Below are positions 10,205-20,473 of a stretch of DNA of 64,000 nucleotides, one piece after another (the first letter of the stretch is position 1; the number at the start of each line of letters is the position of its first letter). The stretch lies in assembly GCA_963744145.1 (NCBI GenBank), contig CAVUSO010000001.1, positions 4,064,001 through 4,128,000 of the forward strand, read 5' to 3'. This DNA comes from an uncultured cyanobacterium. Lineage in GTDB: Bacteria > Cyanobacteriota > Cyanobacteriia > Cyanobacteriales > CAWUOF01. The translations under genes and the position numbers were made by a program. The notes beneath the pieces were generated by a model, which worked only from the letters and a program-made list of their open reading frames with translations, made no database searches and had not been told where the DNA came from.

Positions 10205-11719
10205 TTGTCTATCAAACAAAAAATCGAGTCGATTATGAACTATATTTACTGGCGAATTATTATACTTGTTTTAGCGGGAATTATTTTTGGACAACAAATT
10301 AGCACTGCACAACCAAAATTAATCAGTGACAATTCTGAAAGTGAAACCACACAGGACTTTTGGAATCAAGCTCAACAATTAATCCAGGATCGGATGACGA
10401 TCGTTGATCAAATTGAAAAAGTGATTACTGGTGCTGATTCCCATGCTCTACTCGTCGCTGATGGACAATTAACCTTACATCTCTTAGCAACCGATCGCTT
10501 TCTCAAACAATACTCTAACCGTCCTCAGCAGGTCTGTCAATCCTCAACCCCCTTCGACTCCGCTCAGGGTAAACTTTCCCAATTTTCCCCCCAACAACAA
10601 CAAGTTTACTGTAGTCTAGAAACATCCAATCAGGATTTAACTAAACTTAAACCATTATTAAGTAAACAATTACAACGACTTGCATCGATCGCACAAGTTT
10701 CCCAAAGTTCGGCTCAATCTACCTCGAATCATCCGGTAATTGGGAGAATTGCTAAAACACCTCGATCTAATGATCAACCTGTAATTCAACCAGCAATTGC
10801 TCCTCCTAAAACCGTCGCTCCGATCTTGCAAACAGTGAAACAAACGATCGCGCAAACTATCCCAGCTTTTCCGACTACTGCTAAATTTATTTATCCCGAA
10901 GAAATCGAGCAGTTAAATTATCGACAAAACTATGGACTATTGAGTAATGAACCTAATCTTTATGCTAAATTTTTACAAATTCCCAATACTGGGATCGTGC
11001 GGATTTTACCCGCAGAAATTTACCAGACCCCTACGGATACTGTCCCTAATCGCTTATCCCCTACTGTCGCACAACGCTTTCCCTTTGCACCATTATTAAC
11101 TTCAACATCAACTACATCTTCTACTTCAGAATTTATTCCCCGTCTTGCTCTCCAAATCACCGATCAGCAATTCCAAATGGTGCCCAATAATATCGACTAT
11201 GGTTTTATGATTGATTTGGGTGATGTACCATTAGAAAATTTTCAAACTCAAGGAGCGTCAGGAAAAAGTCCAACCTCGATCTTTGGAATTTTACCAGATC
11301 ATTTCCAAAAAGTTACCAAAATTTCCTCTTCTACCTTAGAATTTTTTTTAAATTATCAACCTCCTCAACAACTATATGCACTAGAAGAAGACCGGAATCG
11401 GTTTATAACTGGAAAACAACAATTTTTACCCCAGGGAGAAATCTTATTAAATCAAGTACCCGCATTTCTCAATCATACCTATTTAATGCGAACTCTGCAA
11501 TTTAAGCTTCCTGATTTTATTGTCACTGGTCAACCTTTATTAAGTGCCGATCGTCGCTATTTAAGTGTCTTACTCACCACTCCAAGTAGTGATCTGCTCC
11601 TGGCCTTTCGACCTGTTAACCAACGTGTCGATGGGAGTTATACTGTAATTTGGCGGATTTTGGGTAAATTCCCTGATCCCCAGATCCAAGATTTATATAA
11701 ATATGTCAAGTTTTACTAA
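10205..11719 (+). CDS. Hypothetical secreted protein (contains an in-frame 24-nt mini-repeat)
   Basis: 504-aa ORF with an N-terminal hydrophobic signal-like segment. No family recognised. Confidence 0.6.
   Translation: MSIKQKIESIMNYIYWRIIILVLAGIIFGQQISTAQPKLISDNSESETTQDFWNQAQQLIQDRMTIVDQIEKVITGADSHALLVADGQLTLHLLATDRFLKQYSNRPQQVCQSSTPFDSAQGKLSQFSPQQQQVYCSLETSNQDLTKLKPLLSKQLQRLASIAQVSQSSAQSTSNHPVIGRIAKTPRSNDQPVIQPAIAPPKTVAPILQTVKQTIAQTIPAFPTTAKFIYPEEIEQLNYRQNYGLLSNEPNLYAKFLQIPNTGIVRILPAEIYQTPTDTVPNRLSPTVAQRFPFAPLLTSTSTTSSTSEFIPRLALQITDQQFQMVPNNIDYGFMIDLGDVPLENFQTQGASGKSPTSIFGILPDHFQKVTKISSSTLEFFLNYQPPQQLYALEEDRNRFITGKQQFLPQGEILLNQVPAFLNHTYLMRTLQFKLPDFIVTGQPLLSADRRYLSVLLTTPSSDLLLAFRPVNQRVDGSYTVIWRILGKFPDPQIQDLYKYVKFY
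10551..10574 (+). repeat. 24-nt small dispersed repeat inside a CDS
   Basis: CCTTCGACTCCGCTCAGGGTAAAC, the same unit as the nested array at 14611-14731. Translates as PFDSAQGK. Confidence 0.85.
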
Positions 11720-11725
11720 AAAAAT

Positions 11726-13123
11726 ATGAAAAAGCCAAATTTTGTGGTAGGAATTAGTTTAACGGTTGGGTTGGTAGTTACCCTAACTGGATGTGCAAAT
11801 ACACCGATCGGGAAATCGTTGGAGCAATCTTTAGCAGCAGATCCGCGATTAAAAGAAGAGAATAATCCAGTAGCTGCGAAAAAACCAGTTGACGATCCAG
11901 CAAATGTGAAAGTTACTCCCACAGAAGTAGCAGTAAAAATACCAGAAGATTTTCCCACTGAAATCCCCCAGTATGCTAATGCTAAATTATTAGAAAGCCG
12001 TGCTAATTTACCCAAAGGTGGTTATACTCGTTGGAGCAGTGATGATCCGAGCAATTTAATCGAGAATTTTTTTGAAAAACAGTTCCAAGATAATAATTGG
12101 AATATCGTCAGTAAGTCAAGTAAGCAACAGGTAGTAAATTTAATAGCTCATCGGGATAATTTAGAAGTGAAAGTAGAGATCGAACCGCGATCGCAGACGA
12201 ATAACTCAAGTCCAAGTTCAGTAACAACAGAATTCAGTCTGGAATATAGTCGAGATCAAAATCAAACAACAACTACTCAGTCTTTAGCTAAACCAGAGGT
12301 AAAAACATCTTCTAGTGGAACACCAGCACCAATCATCAAAGAATCACCAAATCCTAGTAAATCAATCAATAGCAATAAAATCCCCCAAGAATTGGCTAAG
12401 TATATCGAAGATTTAGAACAATTGGGAGTTTTTAGTACCACTTCAGCTGAATCAAAAAGTCAAGAAAGTGACCAGAGTAGATTAACCGAACCAAATAAAA
12501 ATATTACTCATCAAGAATATGCAAGATGGTTAATTACTGCTAATAATTTAATCTATGCTAATCGTCCATCCCAACAAATTCGGTTGGGTGGAGAAAATTC
12601 AGAACCAGTATTTAAAGATGTACCGCGATCGCACCCAGATTTTCCAGTAATTCAAGGTTTAGCAGAAGCAGGAATTATTCCTAGTGCTTTAAGTGGTGAC
12701 TCAACTATAGTTAATTTTTCTCCCGATGCTAATTTAACGAGGGAAGAATTAATTACATGGAAAATACCTCTAGATAATCGTAAATCCTTACCTAGTGCAA
12801 CAGTAGATGCGGTCCAACAAACCTGGGGTTTTCAAGACACCGCAAAAATTAGCCCGAAAGCATTACGAAGTATATTAGCAGATTATCAAAATGGAGACTT
12901 AGCCAATATCCGTCGTGCTTTTGGGTTTACAGCACTGTTTCAACCCAAAAAATTCGTCAGTCGAGCAGAAGCGGCAGCTACTTTATGGTATTTTGGAATG
13001 CAGGGTGACGGACTATCTGCTCAAGATGCTTTACAAGCAAAGCGTCAATCTAGTCAACCCTCAGCAACACCAACACCAACACCAACACCAACAACAACAC
13101 CAACACCTTCGGTCAGTCCTTAA
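11726..13123 (+). CDS. S-layer homology (SLH) domain lipoprotein
   Basis: Lipobox LTGC, SLH motifs FKDVPRSHPDFPVIQGLAEAGII and LFQPKKFVSRAEAA, and a C-terminal Pro/Thr repeat. Confidence 0.85.
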   Translation: MKKPNFVVGISLTVGLVVTLTGCANTPIGKSLEQSLAADPRLKEENNPVAAKKPVDDPANVKVTPTEVAVKIPEDFPTEIPQYANAKLLESRANLPKGGYTRWSSDDPSNLIENFFEKQFQDNNWNIVSKSSKQQVVNLIAHRDNLEVKVEIEPRSQTNNSSPSSVTTEFSLEYSRDQNQTTTTQSLAKPEVKTSSSGTPAPIIKESPNPSKSINSNKIPQELAKYIEDLEQLGVFSTTSAESKSQESDQSRLTEPNKNITHQEYARWLITANNLIYANRPSQQIRLGGENSEPVFKDVPRSHPDFPVIQGLAEAGIIPSALSGDSTIVNFSPDANLTREELITWKIPLDNRKSLPSATVDAVQQTWGFQDTAKISPKALRSILADYQNGDLANIRRAFGFTALFQPKKFVSRAEAAATLWYFGMQGDGLSAQDALQAKRQSSQPSATPTPTPTPTTTPTPSVSP

Positions 13124-14191
13124 ATGTCTTTATTAGATTTTGACCATCTTTTTGCAACGATTGAAGAATTAGTGCTACACCATTCTCCTAGTGGTGTGGA
13201 AACAGAGATTGATCAACTATTGATCACTAAATTTACAGCATTAGGAGTTAAAGTTTGGCTGGATGGAGCTGGAAATGCGATCGCGAAAATTCCTGGAAAA
13301 GATCCAAATCGAGCGATCGCGATTACTGGACATAAAGATGAAATTGGTGGAATTGTCAAAACCATCGGTAGTCACGGAAAGGTTCAAGTGCGGAAGTTAG
13401 GGGGTTCCTTTCCTTGGGTATATGGAGAAGGAGTAGTTGATTTATTAGGAGATCACCAGACTATTTCGGGAATACTCAGTTTTGGTTCTCGTCACGTTTC
13501 CCATGAATCTCCCCAAAAAGTGCAACAGGAAGATGCTCCCTTAACCTGGGAAAATGTCTGGGTCGAAACTAAATTAACCCAGAAAGAACTAGAGGAAGCA
13601 GGGATTCGTCCAGGAACAAGGATGGTAGTCGGTAAACATCGCAAGCGACCCCTGCGCTTAAAAGATTTTATTGCCAGCTATACTTTAGATAATAAAGCTG
13701 CTGTGGCAATTTTGCTGGCTTTAGCCCAAATGGTCAAAGCACCAGAAGTTGATATTTATTTAGTCGCTTCTGCTAAAGAAGAAGTAGGTGCGATTGGCGC
13801 TCTCTATTTTACCGCCAGACAGCAACTTGAAGCCTTAATTGCTTTAGAAATTTCTCCCTTAGCACCCGAGTACCCGATTCAAGATGGCTCAATTCCAGTT
13901 TTACTCTCCCAGGATGGTTATGGAATCTATGATGAGGGATTAAATCAGGAATTACAACAAGCAGCCCAGCAAGCTAACGTTCCAATCCAAATGGCTGTAA
14001 TTAGTAGTTTTGGGAGTGATGGGTCGCTCGCGATGAAATTTGGTCATGTAGCTCGAGCTGCTTGTTTGGGTTTTCCGACTCAAAATACCCATGGTTATGA
14101 AATTGCCCATTTAGGAGCGATCGCGAACTGTGCCCGGATTCTCTCTGCTTATTGTCAATCCTTGACCCCAGATCCAGCTAAAAAATTTTGA
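13124..14191 (+). CDS. M42 family metallopeptidase
   Basis: HSPSGVE, GHKDEIG, LDNKA, KEEVG and NTHGYE. Confidence 0.88.
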   Translation: MSLLDFDHLFATIEELVLHHSPSGVETEIDQLLITKFTALGVKVWLDGAGNAIAKIPGKDPNRAIAITGHKDEIGGIVKTIGSHGKVQVRKLGGSFPWVYGEGVVDLLGDHQTISGILSFGSRHVSHESPQKVQQEDAPLTWENVWVETKLTQKELEEAGIRPGTRMVVGKHRKRPLRLKDFIASYTLDNKAAVAILLALAQMVKAPEVDIYLVASAKEEVGAIGALYFTARQQLEALIALEISPLAPEYPIQDGSIPVLLSQDGYGIYDEGLNQELQQAAQQANVPIQMAVISSFGSDGSLAMKFGHVARAACLGFPTQNTHGYEIAHLGAIANCARILSAYCQSLTPDPAKKF

Positions 14192-14210
14192 AATTTTTTT
14201 GATTTAAGTA

Positions 14211-14239
14211 TTGACAACTCAGAATAGATTAGTTACATT
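14211..14239 (+). promoter_or_regulatory. Sigma70-type promoter of tRNA-Glu
   Basis: TTGACA (14211-14216), 17-bp spacer, TACATT (14234-14239), 21 bp upstream of the tRNA. Confidence 0.7.
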
Positions 14240-14260
14240 AATAAAGTTGCAAATAACTAA

Positions 14261-14333
14261 GCCCCCATCGTCTAGAGGCCTAGGACACCTCCCTTTCACG
14301 GAGGCGACGGGGATTCGAATTCCCCTGGGGGTA
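14261..14333 (+). tRNA. trnE: tRNA-Glu (anticodon TTC)
   Basis: GCCCCCATCGTCTAGAGGCCTAGGACACCTCCC-TTTCAC-GGAGGCGACGGGGATTCGAATTCCCCTGGGGGTA folds as a cloverleaf. CCA is not encoded. Confidence 0.97.
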
Positions 14334-14392
14334 TTATTAAAAATATGTTGTTGGCTTTTAGAGATCTAAAAATCAACAACATGTTTTTGCAT

Positions 14393-14496
14393 GTAGGGGT
14401 GAAGCATTCGGGCGACAATTGAACAATCCAGGTTTACCCTGAGTTTACCCTGAGCGTAGTCGAAGGGCAGCAATATTAGATCCGAATGCTTCACCC
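14393..14496. repeat. REPIN/MITE-like inverted-repeat element carrying 24-nt mini-repeats
   Basis: GTAGGGGTGAAGCATTCGG and CCGAATGCTTCACCC form a 15-bp perfect inverted repeat. It contains one full and one half mini-repeat on the - strand (14432-14467). Confidence 0.7.
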
Positions 14497-14577
14497 TGCT
14501 TTTGCGCCGAGCTCCCCAAAAATATTCTTAACTGAATGGATTTTAATATTATAGTTGATCTGTTGGTTGCATAGATG

Positions 14578-14773
14578 GTGAGGGCAAAGCATTTCGGTAA
14601 TATTATTCTTCCCTTCGACTTCGCCCCCTTCGACTTCGCCCTTCGACTACGCTCAGGGTAAACTCAGGGCAAGCTTCGACTTCGCCCTTCGACTTCGCTC
14701 AGGGTAAACTCAGGGAACACTCAGGGTAAACATTTAAGCCATCATTTATTTGCCGAAATGCGAAAGCCCCTAC
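14578..14773. repeat. REPIN/MITE-like element containing a self-nested array of five 24-nt mini-repeats
   Basis: Arms GGGCAAAGCATTTCGGTAA and TTGCCGAAATGCGAAAGCCCCTAC. The array at 14611-14731 has five CTTCGACTWCGC left halves and five TCAGGG(N) right halves. Confidence 0.8.
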
Positions 14774-14874
14774 AGTTAATTTTCACCAAAAATACCATCT
14801 AAATGAGAATGGGCGTATCCATATACGCCCAGACTGATATACCAGTAATTGAGCAATCCTACCGAAACATCCCA

Positions 14875-15534
14875 TTACACACTTAATGAACCCTTGGTTT
14901 GGAGATAAGCAAAAACTGATTTATCTCCAATATCAAGTGGAATTGCCATAAAAACTTTCCGCAGAGCAAAAACTAAAAACAAAATTGCCCATAGTGCTAA
15001 AAGAATCTGTTCCATTTCTGCTGACAAAAATCCGGTTAAATGACCCAGTAGTAAAATTGGCACTAAGGGAGTGAGAATTTTTGTTTCTAAGTGATTGAAG
15101 CAAAAAGCTTCTTTAAAATAAATTCCCGTCAAAGCAACAAAAGTAAACCCAATCCCAAATAGGGTCATCGGGTGCTGATAAACCTCTAATATTAGGGGGT
15201 CACTACTGACCCCAACTAGAGCGATCGCTGCGATTCCCCCAATGATCCAAAAAACTTGGAGTAGTCGGTGTAAAATAGCCAAATAAATATGGATGGTGAG
15301 CAAACTTACCCCAATGGACAACCAAAAACTAGCATACAGAGGCGTCAGCAGAGATAAAATTGTTTGATTATCACCATCCCAAAATACTAAAATTGTACCG
15401 ATGGCAAAGCTAAATGCCGCTATGATCAAACTAGCCCGGTAAATTATTACACCAGTGCGATCGCTTGTCGTAATGGTAAATTCACCAAACTGACCTTGGT
15501 AAACCTCTGGTTCCAAATGCTGCGATTGCGTCAT
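14875..15534 (-). CDS. DUF2301 family integral membrane protein
   Basis: VYQGQFGEFTI, YFKEAFCF and DIGDKSVF, with several TM segments. Confidence 0.85.
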   Translation of the reverse strand: MTQSQHLEPEVYQGQFGEFTITTSDRTGVIIYRASLIIAAFSFAIGTILVFWDGDNQTILSLLTPLYASFWLSIGVSLLTIHIYLAILHRLLQVFWIIGGIAAIALVGVSSDPLILEVYQHPMTLFGIGFTFVALTGIYFKEAFCFNHLETKILTPLVPILLLGHLTGFLSAEMEQILLALWAILFLVFALRKVFMAIPLDIGDKSVFAYLQTKGSLSV

Positions 15535-15611
15535 ATTCTGTTTTCATCCCTAAACGAATACTACTTTCACAATATACTTTAGCCCATAATTTTGGACAAG
15601 AGAGGAATTTT

Positions 15612-16226
15612 ATGTCTAAATCCGATCAACGCTCAAAAAATAACAAGGTAATCCCTAAGACCGAACAAGTAATGATTATTGATGAAATTGTCGAAGGACG
15701 AGTAGAAAGAACAGGAAATAGAAATTTAAAACTTCATTTAATCGATTGGTTAGAAAAGATTCAATTTCTAGAAGAAGATGATGAAGATGAACAAGAAATG
15801 GATGAGGAAGAGTTAAAAGAACTAGAAGCTCAAGAAAATAGAATCCAAACTATTATTGGTTCTGAAGATTTGGAAGTTACTGAAGACACTCTGAAAACTT
15901 ATCTCAATTATCTCCACCAAAAAATTCACCATCCTTGTTACTTAACGGGTATTGATGAGTTTGAATGGGAAGAATATTATATCTTTGGTTCTGGGACTAA
16001 AAAAGAATATGAAAAACTGAAGAAAAATCGTCCATCTTACACAGATATTTTTAAACTGCTCATCTTGAAAGCGGGAAATATAGATGAAGGAATTATGATT
16101 GAAGTTGAACGAGAATCAGATCAGAAAAAATTTACCATTCCTTTAGCACCTCTGGAAGTAACAGACGAAAATTCAGCCAATTATGAATTAATTGATGATT
16201 ATTCAGTTTGGTTTTTCAATTACTGA
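15612..16226 (+). CDS. Acidic hypothetical protein (possibly calcium-binding CcbP-like)
   Basis: Very acidic. The C-terminus IPLAPLEV...YELIDDYSVWF resembles CcbP-like proteins (recalled, not searched). Confidence 0.45.
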   Translation: MSKSDQRSKNNKVIPKTEQVMIIDEIVEGRVERTGNRNLKLHLIDWLEKIQFLEEDDEDEQEMDEEELKELEAQENRIQTIIGSEDLEVTEDTLKTYLNYLHQKIHHPCYLTGIDEFEWEEYYIFGSGTKKEYEKLKKNRPSYTDIFKLLILKAGNIDEGIMIEVERESDQKKFTIPLAPLEVTDENSANYELIDDYSVWFFNY

Positions 16227-17011
16227 GCAATGATTACTTGCACTGACATTCCTAACTCTAATTTTAGTTGTAATTGAGCATTACCTCCATTGACAGCTAT
16301 TTCTACCCAACCATGACTACCAATTAAAGCTAAAAGATGTCCTTGGGGATGATCGCTATAGGTATCAGCTCTTGGGATAGTTATTCCTGCGATCACCACC
16401 CACCAGGTTTGTGGTTGAACTAGATCCCCAGGAATGTTAGTAACTAAGTTACCAAAATGATCGATATACTGAATCGAACCCTCAATCAAGTTTTCGGTTT
16501 GACTATATTCAGGAATCGGTAATTTTACTAAAGTTTGGTCATCGATCGCTGTTCCTAATTCTGTTAACAAAATACCACTAGCTAAATGTGCTGCGATCGG
16601 AGCAAAAATATCTCTTCCGTGAAAAGTTGCACTCGGTTGAGCCGATCGCCAATAATTAGAATTAGTTAGTTCTACTGCTGTAATGATTGGTACTGTTGTT
16701 AATATCCCACTAAATAAACCATTATCCGGTCCAACTAGAAAACCAGTATTTGTCTGAATTGCGATCGCTCTTCTCTGACTACCAACTCCGGGATCAACTA
16801 CTGCTAAATGTACAGTTCCTGCTGGAAAATAAGGATAGCTATTCATCAAATTAAACCTAGCTGCTGCCATATTCTGGGCAGGAATTTGATGAGTTAAATC
16901 AATTACTTTTAAGGTGGGATTAATTTGAGCAATGACACCTTTCATTATCCCCACATAGCTATCACTCAACCCAAAATCACTTAAAAAAGTAATTAGCCGA
17001 TTATTAGCCAT
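16220..17011 (-). CDS. SAM hydroxide adenosyltransferase / chlorinase-fluorinase family (DUF62)
   Basis: ITFLSDFG, VVDPGVGSQR, VGPDNG, TFHGRDIFAP and YIDHFGNLVTN. Confidence 0.92.
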   Translation of the reverse strand: MANNRLITFLSDFGLSDSYVGIMKGVIAQINPTLKVIDLTHQIPAQNMAAARFNLMNSYPYFPAGTVHLAVVDPGVGSQRRAIAIQTNTGFLVGPDNGLFSGILTTVPIITAVELTNSNYWRSAQPSATFHGRDIFAPIAAHLASGILLTELGTAIDDQTLVKLPIPEYSQTENLIEGSIQYIDHFGNLVTNIPGDLVQPQTWWVVIAGITIPRADTYSDHPQGHLLALIGSHGWVEIAVNGGNAQLQLKLELGMSVQVIIAQ

Positions 17012-17052
17012 TAAAAACTACCATTATCTCTGATTAATGGGTTCAATTAAAT

Positions 17053-18789
17053 TCAATTGGAGCTGTTAATTGCTTGTTTCAATTGAGTAGAAGTCAGCGA
17101 TCGGATTAAGGTGACTGGTAGGGGTTCGCGACTGACAGTTTTCACATAAGATTCTTGTAAGTAACGTTGGTATTCCGGGCGATCGGCAATATATTTTTCA
17201 AAAAAAGGTACAGCCAAAACATCCATATAGTAACGCGCTAATTCTGGTGATTCACCAAGGGCAGAATCAGGGACGGGCCAACTCCCGGATGCTGATGCTG
17301 GTTCATTCGGATCAGATTCAATCAGAGTAGAAAAATGCGTACCATTTTTCATGATCAAGAGATACTTTTCTGGTGTCGTTATCGTGGTGAAAGGTTCAAT
17401 TTGTTCTAGTAAAGCTGGTGCGATCGTATCGGCTCCTCCTGCAATCATCATCACTGGAATATTAATTTTTCCCAGTTGCTCTGGTCAAAATAGGCTCCCA
17501 TTCATGGGATTAATCACAAATATCGCTTTAACTCTTTCATCTTGCAAATTATATTGTTCTGGTGGTAACTCCAGAGCGCGACATTGAAGTAATAACGATA
17601 AATTCCAAGATTGGTCTTCGAGCAAACATACTTTTTGTAAGTAATCAAAATTTAGTTTTGCTCCTGCTAAAGCTAAGGCTGTATAGCCACCGAATGACTG
17701 ACCAATTACCCCAATTTTATCTAAATTCAACTTATTTTGAAATAAGGGATTAGATTGATTCCAACGAGTTAATTCATCAATTAAATATTTAATATCTAAA
17801 GGTCGATCAATAAATTCTGACGGTTGGGTAAGTTCGCTCGCCCGACCTGCTGCTAATGCTTCAATTTGTTTAGCATCGCTTCCAGGATGTTGAGGTACAG
17901 CTACCGCAAACCCATAGGAAGCTAAATGTTGGGCTAAATAGCTAAAAGTAATGCGACTGGAACCTAACCCATGGGAAATTACCAAGATCGGGGCTGTTTC
18001 CTGGGCATTTAATTGGGGCATATAAATATCAACCGGAAAAACTCTGGCTCCTGATGACGTCCCAGGCATCTGGCGATTATGATCAGTAAGAGTCAGAGTT
18101 TCTTTTTTCCATAGATAAGGACCATTTTCACCTGGATCGGGCAAATTAGCTAATCCTGGAGCAAGAGCAACTTCAGTTGCAGCAATTTTTTCCAATCCAG
18201 CGATCGCCCGATTGGTTTGATTGATCAGATTACTAAGGTCTCCTACTAAAGCTAACGCTTTTCCCACATCAATCCTCATCCCCTGGGTCGGAAATTTGCG
18301 GAGAGTATTGAGAGGAGTTAGACCTTCGGGAGAAGCAGCTGCTAAAATCAAAGCTGCACGAATTGCATGGGAACCAGGTTGACGAGCTTGGGACTGAATT
18401 ACTTGACCCAATCTTTTGAGTAAAATTTCTCCCTGTGCGGTATAAAGGAACTGAGATATAGCTACCGCATTTAGATCGGCACGAGATACTAAAATCTGGC
18501 GGACCTGTTGGAGTTGGGCTGGGGTTAAATAGGGAGCATAAGCAGCCAAATTTTCATCCATCTCTCCAGTTTTGGCATATTTTTCTAAAGCCTCCACAGA
18601 AATGGAACGTTCAAAAGCTGAATAATTAATATATATCCGTTCCGCAGCGATCGCTGGGCTTATTAAAGAAATTGGTAATAGAAAAAAACACCAAGAAAGA
18701 AGATTTTTTCTAACTTGGTTGTGATGATTAATGGCTGGCTTTGGCTGAGGTTTAACAGAGCCATTTTTGGTCGAACTCAGACAGTTCAT
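17053..18789 (-). pseudogene. DUF1400-alpha/beta hydrolase interrupted by a single in-frame TGA
   Basis: AERIYINY (DUF1400), SHGLGS and GQSFGG. It reads ..GSLF-TGA-PEQLGKINIPVMMIAGGADTIAP..GTHFS in one frame, with the stop at 17485-17487. Confidence 0.8.
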
Positions 18790-18862
18790 TCCTAATATTC
18801 TCCGAGAAATCTAATAGGTAGCTAATGGCTAATGACCATTAACCATTAGCCATCAACTTTAA

Positions 18863-19174
18863 TTAGTCTGGATTAGATTCGGGGAAATGGTTGCGAATTT
18901 GTTCAGCTTCGGGACAATCATCAGAAACTAAGGGTTCAATATTACCTCTGGTCACAGAAGCAAGTTTCTGACTTACTGCACCAATGCTTTCTAAGCGAAC
19001 CAATTCTTCCCACGAAGCGATTTCGTCTTCTTCGTCTGTTTCATACCGTAAGGTTACTAAATCTCCCTCAATATCAATGATCCGAGCTTGTTCGATCCAG
19101 CGTTGCTGGTCCCGCAAGAAAATACATACCTCACGACCCTCACAACAGAGTTGATAAATCTTGCGGTGTAGCAT
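18863..19174 (-). CDS. Conserved cyanobacterial hypothetical protein (DUF6679-like)
   Basis: MLHRKIYQLCCEGREVCIFLRDQQRWIE...SWEELVRLESIGAV. Confidence 0.75.
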   Translation of the reverse strand: MLHRKIYQLCCEGREVCIFLRDQQRWIEQARIIDIEGDLVTLRYETDEEDEIASWEELVRLESIGAVSQKLASVTRGNIEPLVSDDCPEAEQIRNHFPESNPD

Positions 19175-19610
19175 GGGTTGCTTCTCCTGAGCAGATAAAT
19201 TTATCAATTGCTTTATTTAATGTCTCATTAGCCGACGGGGTGAACAGCAGTTCTTCCTAGTCCCAGATACATGATCCGGTGTTGCGGACATAGCTGGGTT
19301 TGAGCTGGGATGTTAATGTATAGCTCAATTATCCCATGCCACAGTTGCCATTTCACGGTTATTTTGAACAATTGAGGTGAAAAATGGGCAATGTGATCAT
19401 AAATGCTTACTGCCCGCAGATAGTTTGATGCTGCTACTTTAATTTGACAGTTTAACTGGAAATGCCACCATTAGTTATTTTATTTTTGTTACTGATTTGT
19501 TTTGGCATATGATTCGGTAGGTAGTCGGTGTCCCGGCAAGACTGCATAGTCTTAATTATATCATAACTTTAAAATCAGAAAATTTCTGAGAACCTTGACC
19601 AAAGGTCTAA

Positions 19611-19755
19611 GGAAAAAGTCCGCCCATGATGGACGGACTTTCTACCTAATTGATGTTTCCCACGGATAGCTAAGTTTGCCAACGACAGCAATGGTTTTCA
19701 CTTTTTTGTCTCCAAAATTTTTCAGGTTTTGGATGGGAATGGGATGGAGTTGACG
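19611..19755 (-). ncRNA. Candidate sRNA (PsrR1/SyR1-like) with terminator and an embedded 19-codon ORF
   Basis: The minus strand reads GGAGAC..GTGAAAACC..CTATCCGTGGGAAACATCAATTAGG, then the hairpin AAAGTCCGTCCAT-C-ATGGGCGGACTTTTT. A -10-like TACACT lies near 19762-19767. Resemblance to PsrR1 is from memory only. Confidence 0.45.
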
Positions 19756-19962
19756 TGGCAGAGTGTAGATGCACCCCTGTTTAGGGGTTAAGGATGCGTT
19801 ACAGTAACAAAGCTATCTAGTTCAGGGCTTTTGACAGCAGTGCGATCGGGGAAAAAATAGCAACTCTCAAAACCAATAGGGTAAATTTTAATTTAGTAAT
19901 ACTGAGAGTAAGTTGAGATCGACCAACTTGGGGCAAAAAATCACCGATGGATTGGCCTAAAT

Positions 19963-20169
19963 TTAGGTAAGTTCCGCAACGATCATGTTAATGGTTCCAT
20001 GAGCTTCGCGTTCAATTTCACCTGTATTCACAGCTTGAAAGAGATGGGCTAGGGCATCTAGATCACAGGACTGACAGACTTTCATCGCCAAGACTTGACG
20101 AATCAGACCTTCAGATTCCACACTAAGACACCCAGTTTGAAAAGCAGATTGTACCAGTGTGCGAATCAT
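19963..20169 (-). CDS. Small conserved cyanobacterial hypothetical protein
   Basis: MIRTLVQSAFQTGCLSVESEGLIRQVL...DLDALAHLFQAVNTGEIEREA. Confidence 0.65.
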   Translation of the reverse strand: MIRTLVQSAFQTGCLSVESEGLIRQVLAMKVCQSCDLDALAHLFQAVNTGEIEREAHGTINMIVAELT

Positions 20170-20473
20170 AACAATTTCAGCATCCTTAACGCATTAATTG
20201 TTATTTTCTATCTTAAACGCTTATTTCTTTTCGTAATTGATAAAGATCTGAACAATCCTGTGATTCTGATCAGGTCAATAAAGTGATGAAAATCACTGAC
20301 AATGAAGATCAGGTAATATAAGTACAGATTGATCGGTGATCTACCCAGCTCAGATGACCAAGGCCAATCAATAGATAAAAAAGCGCACGCCCATGAGAAA
20401 ATAGGCACAGGATCATCTGAGCTGGGATAACTTTATGTCGATTGGTTGTTGTTGATGGTGAGGAAAGAAGAGA

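Noticed and set aside
13067..13106. (ACACCA)n tandem repeat and poly-QH ORF 12915..13136
   Set aside because: Explained as the Pro/Thr linker tail of the SLH protein; the QH ORF is its alternative frame.
14393..14773. Possible CRISPR array after tRNA-Glu
   Set aside because: The repeat halves are nested or abutting, with no unique regular-length spacers and no cas genes in the window.
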